64,000 nucleotides of DNA from an uncultured virus (IMG/VR IMGVR_UViG_3300007770_000008) (taxonomy: Duplodnaviria > Heunggongvirae > Uroviricota > Caudoviricetes), in the IMG/VR virus record IMGVR_UViG_3300007770_000008, one strand, 5' to 3'. Of this stretch, positions 1 to 9,882 are shown piece by piece (position 1 is the stretch's first letter; every line of letters begins with the position of its first letter). A program made the translations under genes and the position numbers. The notes beneath the pieces were generated by a model that worked only from the letters and a program-made list of their open reading frames with translations, did no database searches and was not told the DNA's origin.

Positions 1-40
1 GAAGGCTCCGGCCACCTGTTTTCGCGACAGTCCAGGGGGA

Positions 41-2008
41 CTACGATGGCGTCTCGGAAGCGGCAGAAGATTCGGTCTGCGAGCTGACTCGCTTGGGATT
101 CTTCTTTTTCTTCTTGCTGCCATTACGCGAGCGGTTGTAAGGCTTTCCGGGCCAATGGTACCCAGGCGGAGCATCGTTAGGCTCGCCAAAGTGAAAGTCT
201 ACGCCGCCCAAAGACAAGAGGCAATTGTCCCAGTCCGTATACCGGATTGGTGGAAGGATGACCTCACCGTCTAGAGTAACGAGATCGTCAGCCGATCTCA
301 GGTCCCAAAACAGCTTGATCTCTCCAGCCGAGTTAGCGGTAAAGTAATCCTTTGCAGAACTACTTGTGAGTAACGAGGACATGTACCTCAAATCGAACAG
401 CACGTCCGGGCCTGCCCAGCCATCTTGGCCTGGCCACACGGCTGACTGTGCGAGGAAATCGCCAATGATCACGCTAACATGCCCTCCTGCATGTTCGACA
501 ATCTGCTCGAGATTGTACCGGCGGCGGGGAAGCCAGTCCCCGATCCACTCGCCGCGATCTAAGTTGTCACCAACTTCTAGGGCACGCGTAACGTAGCGTA
601 CCTGATTTACGTCATCTTCTCCCGTCGGCTCTGCCTCCACTTGCTTAAGCAAGCATACACACGCCGGGCAAAGCTGGGTTTCGTCGTCAATCGTGATCTG
701 CACTAGGTCGTCAGAGCCTGCGTAAGGGGCGATAGATTTCACTACGCCAGAGTGCTCTGCGTGCAGCCCGAAATCGCCCTTGAGTCCCAACCCCGCAACG
801 AGGTCGGATATCAGTTTCGGCGTGGCTTTGAAGCCCTCAATCTCTTCTCCTTCGGTAAGAGCATGGGCAAGGTCAATGGATACTTCCAACATGGGTTTCC
901 ACATGAAAGAGCCCGGGTCCACAAGAGGCGGTGGATCAAACTCATCGTCCATGGGGACTGTCATGTCGTTCTGCAGTTCAACCATTTCCTGCAGAGGACG
1001 AAAGTAGTTGGTCTGGAACGCAGACAAGCTGCGACCAGTCCGGGATGTCAGTGCGGGCTTTTGGTGTTCGTCGAGCACGGCCCTTAACATAGTAAAGGAC
1101 CGCCTGACCTCGCCAATTTTCCCCTTGGGCAAGATCTCCCCGCCTTCGACGTATTGCCCGTTCTCCGGAACCTTGACATCGCTGGACAGTATCACCGCTG
1201 GATCGTCACCGACTAAATCTTCTAGATCGAGACGATAGGCAATAGCGGGTAAGTCAACGCTGCCAGGTAGGAGACCGATGCAAATATCAACCTGGTTTGC
1301 TACCCTAGTCAGGCGTAGAACTCCACTGCGATTCCAGGGATTGGTCAAATCTCCGGACGAGGCTACGTACTCCGCTTCCACTGCCTTTTGGCAGGGTTGC
1401 ACAGGAAACGCAGCAAAGTCGATCGAGCGGTGATGCTTAGCATACACGCCGCCGACTCTTGGAACGCCGTGGTCGTCAATAAACGCACTTTGTATGGTAG
1501 CCAACGTCTCGACCCTGCGGGAAGCACCACCTACCTCGCTAGGTTGAGGCCGCGACAGCGGCTTGTCAGCAACCACTAGTACGTCAACGTCGTCATTGTC
1601 CAACAAAAGACACGTGTCTTTGATGGGTGTCGAAACACATTGCCGCCGGGGCGGCTTCTCATCGTGGACTTCCAGTGTTTTAATCCCGTAGTCCACGAAC
1701 GACTGAATCATCTGTTTGGTCATCCGTCGACCAACCGGATAGTTCAAGTACGGACGTTCGAGATACTTGCCTACCGCCTGAGCCAGTGGCAAGTTCTGGG
1801 TACCGCCACGAGGGCGGTGGGGCAAAGGTTTACGCTTCGGGATAAAGGCAATCTGCAACAGAGACCGCCGGACACTGCCGTCAAGCACCGCGTCCATACC
1901 CTCACGGGTTAACTGGCTTAGGTACCGAAATTGCAGTGGCGTACAGCCTACACCTGTTGCGAGATCTTCTCTACGTAACTCCCGCATACTCAACGTTCCC
2001 ATAGTCAC
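41..2008 (-). CDS. Large hypothetical protein, possibly RNA polymerase beta'-like fragment
   Basis: 655 aa ORF. Segments GKYLERPYLNYPVGRRMTK and HAEHSGVVKSI...LEVGDNLDRGEWI recall beta' sandwich-barrel hybrid regions; no DxDxD catalytic motif seen. Confidence 0.3.
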   Translation of the reverse strand: MTMGTLSMRELRREDLATGVGCTPLQFRYLSQLTREGMDAVLDGSVRRSLLQIAFIPKRKPLPHRPRGGTQNLPLAQAVGKYLERPYLNYPVGRRMTKQMIQSFVDYGIKTLEVHDEKPPRRQCVSTPIKDTCLLLDNDDVDVLVVADKPLSRPQPSEVGGASRRVETLATIQSAFIDDHGVPRVGGVYAKHHRSIDFAAFPVQPCQKAVEAEYVASSGDLTNPWNRSGVLRLTRVANQVDICIGLLPGSVDLPAIAYRLDLEDLVGDDPAVILSSDVKVPENGQYVEGGEILPKGKIGEVRRSFTMLRAVLDEHQKPALTSRTGRSLSAFQTNYFRPLQEMVELQNDMTVPMDDEFDPPPLVDPGSFMWKPMLEVSIDLAHALTEGEEIEGFKATPKLISDLVAGLGLKGDFGLHAEHSGVVKSIAPYAGSDDLVQITIDDETQLCPACVCLLKQVEAEPTGEDDVNQVRYVTRALEVGDNLDRGEWIGDWLPRRRYNLEQIVEHAGGHVSVIIGDFLAQSAVWPGQDGWAGPDVLFDLRYMSSLLTSSSAKDYFTANSAGEIKLFWDLRSADDLVTLDGEVILPPIRYTDWDNCLLSLGGVDFHFGEPNDAPPGYHWPGKPYNRSRNGSKKKKKNPKRVSSQTESSAASETPS

Positions 2009-2288
2009 TTCCTTGTACGATCACCCCTTCCTGGGACGGTCGCAGCACTAAGCATCGTCTTCAATGAGTTTCCGATAATCGTCAACTAACAGACAAACGA
2101 TACGTGTCGATTGTTTGCCCTGTTGGTCAGTTCCTAAAAGCTTGAGTCTGATCTTGCCTTTAGGAACACTCTTCATCGTCATGTTCGTCCAAGTCCTGAG
2201 AATTACTTCCCCGGACTTTAGACGTTTGCGTGCCACGGGTGTTTGCGTAAATGCAAGGAACCGTAAATCTTTTCACCTCCTAAGAAAC

Positions 2289-2311
2289 AAGGCCAGCGGA
2301 ATGCTGGCCTT
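2289..2311 (-). terminator. Probable intrinsic terminator
   Basis: aaggccagc-ggaat-gctggcctt hairpin followed on the minus strand by GTTTCTT, downstream of the 2368..2865 ORF. Confidence 0.45.
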
Positions 2312-2367
2312 AGAGGGTTCCCGACATAATGCTGTCCATTTAATTATGACGCGTATGTCAGTAGAAT

Positions 2368-2865
2368 TTACTCGGGAAGTTCGTCGTCCTCACCCCATTC
2401 TTCTAGGTCATCGTCATCGAAAGCGTCCGACTCAGCGTAGTAATCACTGTCCTCTGCTTTAATCACGTCCTCGACATAGTCCGTTCCGAGATAGCCAGAA
2501 GGGTCTGGCACTAGGTTGGGGGTTTGCGGAGGTTGGAATAGCGGTCGCGGGGGGTCCGTAAGCAGGAAACGCCATGGCCCTTGACTCGTGTGAATTACTT
2601 CGCCGCGAATGACAAACGCAGAGGCGTCCTCTTGCGTGTTCAGCGTCATCGCCTCCACAACCTCGTCAATAGTGGCGTACGACTCGAGCCGAAACCCCAG
2701 GCCGTCGTTAACCACTATGTGTAACGGGAGCTGCGACGACTTGGAAGCCGAGTTGCTCACTGAGTTGGGTGAGGAGGGCCTCTCTGGCGTCGTCTGGGAC
2801 GTCGACTCCTGCGGGAAGTCCGGCTCCCTGCTCGGGGAATCCTCCGGGGTTGGGGAGGGCGGCAT
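2368..2865 (-). CDS. Hypothetical protein with acidic C-terminus
   Basis: 165 aa ORF in the co-oriented gene run. Confidence 0.55.
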   Translation of the reverse strand: MPPSPTPEDSPSREPDFPQESTSQTTPERPSSPNSVSNSASKSSQLPLHIVVNDGLGFRLESYATIDEVVEAMTLNTQEDASAFVIRGEVIHTSQGPWRFLLTDPPRPLFQPPQTPNLVPDPSGYLGTDYVEDVIKAEDSDYYAESDAFDDDDLEEWGEDDELPE

Positions 2866-3169
2866 TTGATACTACCTCTTCGGGATGCGTTTTGTCGTCG
2901 TACACAACATCACTAGGTGTGTAGACCATCGCACAGGATGTACGATAGGTGATGACATTTCCGTTGTCGGATGCGTGGATTTGCTCTATTCGCGGAGCCG
3001 ACACAGTAACGGGCTCGGCCTGATTCTTGTCCAGGAACTCGTTGACCATATCGTCTATGGTCTTGGTGCTCTGTGAGTCACTTCGTAACCACTCCTTACC
3101 GTGTCGACGCTGTACGTCCACAGCAGAAAACGTGGCTACCCGCCGGTGCTCACGCGGAAGCTGATTCAT
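2708..3169 (-). CDS. Hypothetical protein
   Basis: 153 aa ORF overlapping its neighbours; co-oriented. Confidence 0.45.
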   Translation of the reverse strand: MNQLPREHRRVATFSAVDVQRRHGKEWLRSDSQSTKTIDDMVNEFLDKNQAEPVTVSAPRIEQIHASDNGNVITYRTSCAMVYTPSDVVYDDKTHPEEVVSNAALPNPGGFPEQGAGLPAGVDVPDDAREALLTQLSEQLGFQVVAAPVTHSG

Positions 3170-3569
3170 CTAAAATCTCCTCATCGTTGGACGCAGCCTT
3201 GCTTGCTCGCTTCTTCGCAGCTTGGTCATAGCGAGACAATACAGTTTTGCTGCGGTCCTCCACAGCCATGCGGCCCGTAGTTCCGGAGATAGTTAGTACA
3301 CCACGCATTGCTACATCGTTGTCGACACTCTTGGACTCCATAAACAGGAGGTTGGGGCGAGCATCCGAGCGGAAGAAATGCGGCTGGATAACCAACATCG
3401 CGGGCTGGGTGTTGAACTTGATACGTTTGCCGTTGTGGTCAAGAAGGATAACTTCAGCTTCCATCGGCGACGGGAGGATCATCTCCGCTTTCATTTTGCG
3501 ACTCCTCGTGGTGAACTCGGTCCACCTCCTTGTAGGGATCGGTGTCGCCATCCTGGATAGCCGAGGCAA
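3150..3569 (-). CDS. Hypothetical protein
   Basis: ORF in tight gene run; true start may be the internal MKAEMIL. Confidence 0.5.
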   Translation of the reverse strand: MPRLSRMATPIPTRRWTEFTTRSRKMKAEMILPSPMEAEVILLDHNGKRIKFNTQPAMLVIQPHFFRSDARPNLLFMESKSVDNDVAMRGVLTISGTTGRMAVEDRSKTVLSRYDQAAKKRASKAASNDEEILDESASA

Positions 3570-4311
3570 ATGCCTGTGTATCTAAGTATTGAACCTTCTC
3601 GTCAAAGACCGCTTTAGGAGCACCCAGACGATCTGGCCAACGCTCCTGTCGGTAAAAGAAGGATCCGTGGTTAGTCTCCACACAGAACATGGTAACGGGG
3701 ATTACCTTGCTACTAGAGCTGAACGGCTTGGAGACTTGATACCACATTGGGTCGAGCATGTGCAGCTCTTGGAACCTGATACGATGCAGCCGCTCATTAC
3801 GCGGATCGCTCAAACTTACCGTGCCCATCCAGTTTTTGTAGTGCTCCCAGTGCTCTTTCTCTAAACAGTACAGTACGTGGTTCCAGGATTCATCTCCGCT
3901 TGGGTGCCCTAGTCCCTGCAAGATCGGGCTCTCGAAGCGAAAACTGATCGGAGAGACCTCCTGTCCGTATTCCATATTGAAGACGTGAATAGGGTCCTGG
4001 TAGAAAGGCATACGCAGGTACATAAGTGCGGGCGTAAAGAAGGCAAAGTCATCCAACGTCTCTGCGAACGACTGTGCCTTCTTAAACGGGGCCTGCCTTA
4101 ACTGTATTTGGTCTTCGGAGAAATCTTCTGTTTTCCCGGAAACCATGCCGGAAGGTATTAGCTTGGGCCCGGGAGAGAATGGGTCGTTAGCTGTCATCGG
4201 GCTCTTCCCAATTGATCTCGTCGACGTCTTGGCCACAGAATGGGCAGAACTCGGGCCCGTCGATACCTGGTTGCCTATTCCAGCAGAGGTTGAATTGGAC
4301 ATCGCAAGCAC
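3454..4311 (-). CDS. Hypothetical protein
   Basis: 285 aa ORF; true start probably the internal MTANDP. Confidence 0.55.
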   Translation of the reverse strand: MLAMSNSTSAGIGNQVSTGPSSAHSVAKTSTRSIGKSPMTANDPFSPGPKLIPSGMVSGKTEDFSEDQIQLRQAPFKKAQSFAETLDDFAFFTPALMYLRMPFYQDPIHVFNMEYGQEVSPISFRFESPILQGLGHPSGDESWNHVLYCLEKEHWEHYKNWMGTVSLSDPRNERLHRIRFQELHMLDPMWYQVSKPFSSSSKVIPVTMFCVETNHGSFFYRQERWPDRLGAPKAVFDEKVQYLDTQAFASAIQDGDTDPYKEVDRVHHEESQNESGDDPPVADGS

Positions 4312-4369
4312 TGCACTTTAACGTAGGCAACTCGCCGCCGAACGAGCCGATGTTAGTTAGCGTTGTCAT
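4187..4369 (-). CDS. Small zinc-ribbon protein
   Basis: CSAC...CPFCG motifs; start overlaps the upstream stop. Confidence 0.55.
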   Translation of the reverse strand: MTTLTNIGSFGGELPTLKCSACDVQFNLCWNRQPGIDGPEFCPFCGQDVDEINWEEPDDS

Positions 4370-5352
4370 GGCATACCCACTAGGAATACTTCTGCGTGTT
4401 TGGAGAACCTGTTAACTGCGTCTGCCGAGTATTGGTCGGCGTCGTCTGGTGCCAGGGGCAACCCCACTATTAGAGCGGCTTTCTCCTCATCGCACCAACG
4501 TCGTAGTTGTTTGAGTGTCTCGTTGGTAGCGGTAACTGGACTCCCGCCGATCACACCGTTGGTAAAACCAGTAACGCCGTCGTAGACGATTAACGCATCC
4601 ACTCGGTGCTTAAACAGGAGTTTTTTGTGTCCGTTCAACAGTTTGGTCATGGCCGATCGGCTGTTGCATAAACCCGCCCACTGGTCGATACCGACGCAGT
4701 GAAGGGTTTTGTCTTTGTCCGTAATGTTTATGTGCAGCTTGTTAGGGGCCAGAACCATCGTGGAGAACTTCTGCTCACCCTCGTGCTCGTTCTGCTGCTC
4801 CAGTCCGTCCACTATTACGTCGATAGCGTCGAGCACGTGATCGTTCTCTCCGACGATCATAGCAGTCTGGTCTCGCTCTAGTTGCGTGTCCCCAGCTCGC
4901 AGCACAATCGGCACAGGCGTCTTGCCGCGAATATCTTCTTCTCGTCGGGCCTGCTCCATTTGCTGGAAACGATCACTCTCCAGTTCTCGTTGTACCTCGT
5001 CCATTACAAACGCGATAACAGGGCCTTTGAGATTGTTCAGCACGTCGTCACGCGAGAAGGGCTGCAGGCCTCGATCCATCATGGCTTTGATCAACAGCTC
5101 TTCTATGCCGGACTCCCACTCGTGACCCTCTTGCTTAAGCTGGCGGCTTAAAGCGTACCGGGCCATGGCGTAGATACGCCGGGAGTTAATCAGTACGTCA
5201 CAGATCAGATTGATCTCTTGGTCTGCGTTAGCAAGGTCAGCCGCCTTGGCTTTGACTTCATCGAGTTGCTCGTCAGACATGTCTTTGAGTACGCCTTCGA
5301 AACCCTCGACCTGGTCGTAGGCGTGCTCGCGGGGGTCAGCTTCGGTGGACAT
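4366..5352 (-). CDS. Hypothetical protein (possible degenerate RecA-fold C-terminal half)
   Basis: 328 aa ORF; LIVYDG...LKQLRRWCDEEKAALIV resembles RecA/DnaB-fold strand-helix order; no Walker A. Confidence 0.5.
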   Translation of the reverse strand: MSTEADPREHAYDQVEGFEGVLKDMSDEQLDEVKAKAADLANADQEINLICDVLINSRRIYAMARYALSRQLKQEGHEWESGIEELLIKAMMDRGLQPFSRDDVLNNLKGPVIAFVMDEVQRELESDRFQQMEQARREEDIRGKTPVPIVLRAGDTQLERDQTAMIVGENDHVLDAIDVIVDGLEQQNEHEGEQKFSTMVLAPNKLHINITDKDKTLHCVGIDQWAGLCNSRSAMTKLLNGHKKLLFKHRVDALIVYDGVTGFTNGVIGGSPVTATNETLKQLRRWCDEEKAALIVGLPLAPDDADQYSADAVNRFSKHAEVFLVGMP

Positions 5353-5363
5353 TCAATAGTCGC

Positions 5364-5927
5364 TTATTGCAATGGTTCAGGGAACGGAAGCTCCTCGGAC
5401 GTACGCATGGCGTAGTCGGCAATGAGGATGGCTTCAGCTAGGGCTTCGTCCTTGACCTTGGGTAATGGAAAGTCGGGGTAGATATCGTTGCATGCCAATA
5501 TGGACTGGGTTTTGTCTGCACCTTTAGGAAGGTACTTAGCCTTCCACTCTGCAGGCTGCAGCATCTTGTAAGGCAAGCCGTTGCCAGCACAGGCCATCTC
5601 CCACAGCCCTTGCCCTCGACCGGTTTGGAACACTTGTCCTTTACCGTCATTAGGCCGTGCGGCTTGCCGCTCCAGCGTCACAGAAACGTTGTGGGACTGG
5701 TTGTGGTACAGCCTAGACAGCTCTAGGATGATCTGGTGCATGGCGGGAAGGTCGTACTCAGTTGACACCTTGTAGCTGGGTTTACCGCTTGGCGTTTTCT
5801 TACGCTTGCGTTTTTCCCGAGTCGTTGTAGTGGGGGTGTGCCAAGCTTCTACGTGACCATTGGCGTAAACAACTGCCACACCCCCTTTCTTGCCGGGGTC
5901 TATGCCGACCCACGCTTTCTTTGTCAT
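5364..5927 (-). CDS. RuvC-like Holliday junction resolvase
   Basis: VGIDPGKKGGVAV, VTLE, P.EWK and DEALAEAILIA motifs. Confidence 0.8.
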   Translation of the reverse strand: MTKKAWVGIDPGKKGGVAVVYANGHVEAWHTPTTTTREKRKRKKTPSGKPSYKVSTEYDLPAMHQIILELSRLYHNQSHNVSVTLERQAARPNDGKGQVFQTGRGQGLWEMACAGNGLPYKMLQPAEWKAKYLPKGADKTQSILACNDIYPDFPLPKVKDEALAEAILIADYAMRTSEELPFPEPLQ

Positions 5928-5932
5928 GCTTG

Positions 5933-6706
5933 TCAGTCTTTCTTTTTGCCATCAGCAATCTCCCGGTATTCCTCGATTAAGAGGTGGGTGAGCATGGCAT
6001 CATATCCGGCAGTGTGGTCTTGCTCAGAATCCAGTTCATACTTTTCTTCCAGCCGATACTTCTGCACGCAGTGGTTATCGAGGTTGTACTTACAGTCGGC
6101 CCATGGTGTAGCCATAACCCGCTTGAAGTACCTCATCATGGACTCTTCTGGAAGAGGGGCCATGCCTACTTGCGAGGCTTTCTCGATAGCAGCAGTATCC
6201 AGGATCTCGTTTTCTTGGAAGTCAAATCGCTTACCCAACCACTCTTCGGTGCCTTGGGCAAACACTCGAGCATCGAAATTACAAATGTTGTGGCCAACAA
6301 AGAGGTTACCCTCTTGGCGAGCCTTGAGCAGGCGACGTCGGTACCAATCCAACACCTGCACAGGGTCCTTCCCGTGCTCACGCAGTGTCTCATAGTCGAA
6401 CCGATACGTTCGCCCTTGCCGAGCCATGTGCTCCCGACAACTGTCCAGCTTATGGCGTAGGAACGCTTCCTCCACATAGGGGTTGCGTGTCCAATCGAGA
6501 ATGTGGCCCTGATAGTACTCGGCCTGGCCGTTCTTAACGGCACAGAAGCCTAGCTCCACTATCAGGTCGTCGCCGCACTGTGTCTCGCCGGGATCTGATT
6601 TGTCCCAGCTGAACTTAAAACCAGTGGTCTCCAGGTCAAAGCAGAAATAGCTTTGCGGGAGTTCCCCTAGCTCTGTTTTCCATTTGTTCAAAATTGTCCG
6701 GATCAT
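5933..6706 (-). CDS. DEDDh 3'-5' exonuclease (DnaQ-like)
   Basis: FDLETTG (Exo I), GHNICNFD (Exo II), HTAGYD (Exo III); start moved to MIRTIL. Confidence 0.85.
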   Translation of the reverse strand: MIRTILNKWKTELGELPQSYFCFDLETTGFKFSWDKSDPGETQCGDDLIVELGFCAVKNGQAEYYQGHILDWTRNPYVEEAFLRHKLDSCREHMARQGRTYRFDYETLREHGKDPVQVLDWYRRRLLKARQEGNLFVGHNICNFDARVFAQGTEEWLGKRFDFQENEILDTAAIEKASQVGMAPLPEESMMRYFKRVMATPWADCKYNLDNHCVQKYRLEEKYELDSEQDHTAGYDAMLTHLLIEEYREIADGKKKD

Positions 6707-6728
6707 CCTAAGCTCGGTAGTTCTTGTG

Positions 6729-7229
6729 TTAAGCGTTGTCGTCAACTGGTTCGACCTTATTGAGGGCGTTTGAGACCTCGTCGCCAGCATCGGTCATGGT
6801 TGGTTCGTCCGATACGACGGTAGACCCGTGGGTAGTCACATCCCGTAGCCCTACGAACATTTGACCAGTCATGATGGTACCCATCATAGCTAGCCAACCA
6901 AACTGGGCAGCAGGGTGTACGTCTTTGAAGCCCGAGCGTTCTAGACACTCAGACACCGTTTCGTCAGGGTTCTCGCAACAGATCTCTAGATAGCGAGAAT
7001 AGGCCACGTTGGCTTTGTCAAGTTCCTCAAAGACATCCGGCTCGTCACCAGGTTGCTTAGGAACAAAATCGGCAAGCATACCTGCTTTAACTACAGCCTC
7101 AAGCTCAGGGCAGTTCCCTAGATTGAAGTTCCGCCGCATGTGCTTGATTATGGCCGGGTATTGGTATGCAAAATCTCTGGATGGTGAGTACATGAGCCCA
7201 CCTGGGCCGCTGTTGTACTGCAAGGGCAT
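6729..7229 (-). CDS. Hypothetical protein
   Basis: 166 aa co-oriented ORF. Confidence 0.55.
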   Translation of the reverse strand: MPLQYNSGPGGLMYSPSRDFAYQYPAIIKHMRRNFNLGNCPELEAVVKAGMLADFVPKQPGDEPDVFEELDKANVAYSRYLEICCENPDETVSECLERSGFKDVHPAAQFGWLAMMGTIMTGQMFVGLRDVTTHGSTVVSDEPTMTDAGDEVSNALNKVEPVDDNA

Positions 7230-7412
7230 TACTGCCTCCTCGAATTCGTTGTCACTGGCCCTCCGTGACCTGTTTCTCCAATCGCCTGATCAAATAGCCA
7301 AGTACACCCATGTCAGGCTTCTGCTGCACTATTACGTCATTGTACCACTTAATGACATCGAGGGCAGCCTTTTCGATTTTGTCAGCCCTGTCAGGCCGCG
7401 TGACTAGCTCGG

Positions 7413-8039
7413 CTACCTCCTGGACCGGCGGCGAGTAGGATCGATCGTTGTGCATACTGGCACCTCTTCTTCAATCGGGATCTCATAGCCCCGTCCTTCA
7501 AAATCACCTGGTGTGGTCAGTTCCACGTCCTCTGCCAACCACCGCTTGTACAAGTGGTCCCACATCACGGTAGAGACCGCTGTGGCTAGATTAAGGCAGT
7601 GGCGGGTGGGAATGACAACAGCTTGGTGACAATGCTGCATGAGCACACTGGGAATCGAGCCGTCCTCGGGCCCAAACACGTACAAGGGATTTTCAGGATG
7701 CTCAAAGGATGTCAAAGGGATACTGCCCTCTCGCACCTCAACAGCCACAGGTGTTACTTCTTTGGGAAATTGGTCAAAGAAGCGATCGTGCTGAATCATT
7801 GTCACGTCACGGTAGCCCTTCATACGCTCCTCGCGAGGAAGGCGACCGCGTTTCTCCAAGTCAAAACCAACACGTTGTCCAGTCCACCACACCTGGCTAA
7901 ACCCATAGCAGGAAGCCAGCCGTACGACCTTAGCAACGTTCTCAGAGTGTTTGGGGTTCACTAGAGCGATCGCGGGTGCTACCCCGTGTTGCTCTGCGTT
8001 CTGTCCCCAGACTCCTTTTTCTTCGGGCTGGTGTTGCAT
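7413..8039 (-). CDS. SpoU/TrmH-family RNA methyltransferase
   Basis: NPKHSENVAKVVR, YVFGPEDGSI and CLNLATAVSTV SPOUT motifs; start moved to MQHQPE. Confidence 0.85.
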   Translation of the reverse strand: MQHQPEEKGVWGQNAEQHGVAPAIALVNPKHSENVAKVVRLASCYGFSQVWWTGQRVGFDLEKRGRLPREERMKGYRDVTMIQHDRFFDQFPKEVTPVAVEVREGSIPLTSFEHPENPLYVFGPEDGSIPSVLMQHCHQAVVIPTRHCLNLATAVSTVMWDHLYKRWLAEDVELTTPGDFEGRGYEIPIEEEVPVCTTIDPTRRRSRR

Positions 8040-8397
8040 CTTTGGTTTCCTTTCATTTGTCCGCCTTCGCAACATCCCTCTGCGATTCGCCCGCAACGAG
8101 GGCACACGTGCTTGTGTTTGATTTCTATTAGCTGGTTGCCGCATACTGGACATTGTTCACCCACCACTGACAGGCTAGTCATCGTCGTGCCGTAGAGTAA
8201 GACGCGGAAAGACCTCGTTGAAGTAAGCCACGGATGCCCCTGCTCGTACCCGGTGCGGCTTAGTTTGCATAAACTCTGCTACATCTGCAGTCGGTCCTAG
8301 CAAGGCCAGTTCGTCGAAACAGTCGTAGCAGATGTAGCCAAACTCCGTAGATTTGCGGCTGCACATATAGCTGTTGCAACCCGGACGGACACACTCT

Positions 8398-8970
8398 CTA
8401 GTAGCCATCGCTACTCACCTCCGCTGTTAGGCCCACGAACTGTTGTTCTAGGGCTTCCTTAAGTGCGGGCTCAGGATGACCCGGCGGCTTGATCAGTTTT
8501 CCGTCCTTTCGCCAGGTATGGCCTGGACCAGACTTATCCAAGTTGTTCTGGTCCACGGCCTCCAAGACAGGTGTGTCAGCGATACCGCAGGCACTTAGCG
8601 TACCCACTGTTACCACTGACACATCGGCACAACCGTCAGCAATCAGCTGCAGGTTGCCCGGGGCTGACGCCTGGTACTCGTGACTTACTACTGTGCCGTG
8701 CCCGTCTGGGTGGGCCTGGTTGAGCAAGAAGTACCTCCGCTTGCTGTCACCGCCCACGTACATGTTTGTGTCAACATGCATAACGATGTCTACACCTAGA
8801 GCACTGATGGTCTCCATCGCCTCCTCGAAAATGAGGGCGGCACGAAGCTTACGTACTTTGGCGTCAGGCAATGTCGGCTCGTCGGGCAGTTCCTGTTTGG
8901 CAAACTGCATAAAGGCCTCGACACGTTGCTGATGCGGGCTCTTAACTCGGTTAGGAATAGCGTTGGTCAT
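8398..8970 (-). CDS. All-alpha NTP pyrophosphohydrolase (MazG/HisE-like)
   Basis: LIFEEAMET, IADGCADVSVV, VDQNNLDK, RKDGKLIKP; start moved to MTNAIP. Confidence 0.8.
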   Translation of the reverse strand: MTNAIPNRVKSPHQQRVEAFMQFAKQELPDEPTLPDAKVRKLRAALIFEEAMETISALGVDIVMHVDTNMYVGGDSKRRYFLLNQAHPDGHGTVVSHEYQASAPGNLQLIADGCADVSVVTVGTLSACGIADTPVLEAVDQNNLDKSGPGHTWRKDGKLIKPPGHPEPALKEALEQQFVGLTAEVSSDGY

Positions 8971-9418
8971 ATTTGTCTTGTTTCCACTGTTGATAACATT
9001 GCCAGTGGATCCATCCGTCCTCGGTCTTGAAACCCCAGTCACGACGTTTCCGACCAGCCCACACGAGAGTCCAGGTGGGTTTGTTGCCAAATAGTTCCAG
9101 ACGGTGGAGTTCTTCAGCCTTCTTTCTCACTAGCCAAATAGCCAGTCGCATCTTAGACCACGTACCGAATTCCCGGTCAGGTATGACCTCCCAGTACCCG
9201 TTCCATATGATCAATGACCAAAAGTCGAACGGGTGATCGTGCAGGTGGCGATCGCCGTCGGACCGCAAAATGTGGTGCAAGTACAGTTTGGCCCATGGCG
9301 TCCATATGAGGCGGTACCGTACCAAATACGGATCACCGTCTTCATCGTAGATCACGTGGCGAAATCGTTTCCAACGATAGTCTAGCCACTCTCCGATCTT
9401 CCGAAGTAAGTTCACCAT
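8951..9418 (-). CDS. Cupin-like phage protein
   Basis: LHHILRSD.DRHLHDHPFDF...GYWE...HRLEL metal-binding pattern; start moved to MVNLLR. Confidence 0.65.
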   Translation of the reverse strand: MVNLLRKIGEWLDYRWKRFRHVIYDEDGDPYLVRYRLIWTPWAKLYLHHILRSDGDRHLHDHPFDFWSLIIWNGYWEVIPDREFGTWSKMRLAIWLVRKKAEELHRLELFGNKPTWTLVWAGRKRRDWGFKTEDGWIHWQCYQQWKQDKYDQRYS

Positions 9419-9429
9419 AGTGTCCTTCC

Positions 9430-9882
9430 TTAGAATAGGTGGGGATGTTGTTGCAACAGCATGTTGAGTGCAGCGAAAGCGGATCCTTGTAATACAGGGC
9501 CGTCGAGCAGGCACGGCTTTATCCACTCCACGCCGTCGAACTTGTCGGGCTCGCCTATAATGGCCTTCTGGCCACCCTGTATTCGAGTCAAGTAAAACTG
9601 GCAAAGATAAGGTGGAAGGTCATCGCGGGTTGTTATGTCGTTTTCCCAGATACCCAGTAATTGGATCGGGGAGTCTCGCAACTCCAACCCGGTTTCCTCA
9701 CGTAACTCTCGAGTAGCACAATCCCGAGTGCTCTCGTATCCCTCCTGCTTACCTCCTGGAAACTCCAGCAAGCCTGTCGCGGTTTTACGCAGGACCAGCA
9801 CCTCTCCGCCTCTGAACGGCAACAGGCTGACGCAAGGGATCTTATACAGCGGTTTCTCGGTTGCCGTGGATTCGTTGGACAT
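9430..9882 (-). CDS. Nudix hydrolase
   Basis: Nudix box GGKQEGYESTRDCATRELREETGL. Confidence 0.9.
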   Translation of the reverse strand: MSNESTATEKPLYKIPCVSLLPFRGGEVLVLRKTATGLLEFPGGKQEGYESTRDCATRELREETGLELRDSPIQLLGIWENDITTRDDLPPYLCQFYLTRIQGGQKAIIGEPDKFDGVEWIKPCLLDGPVLQGSAFAALNMLLQQHPHLF

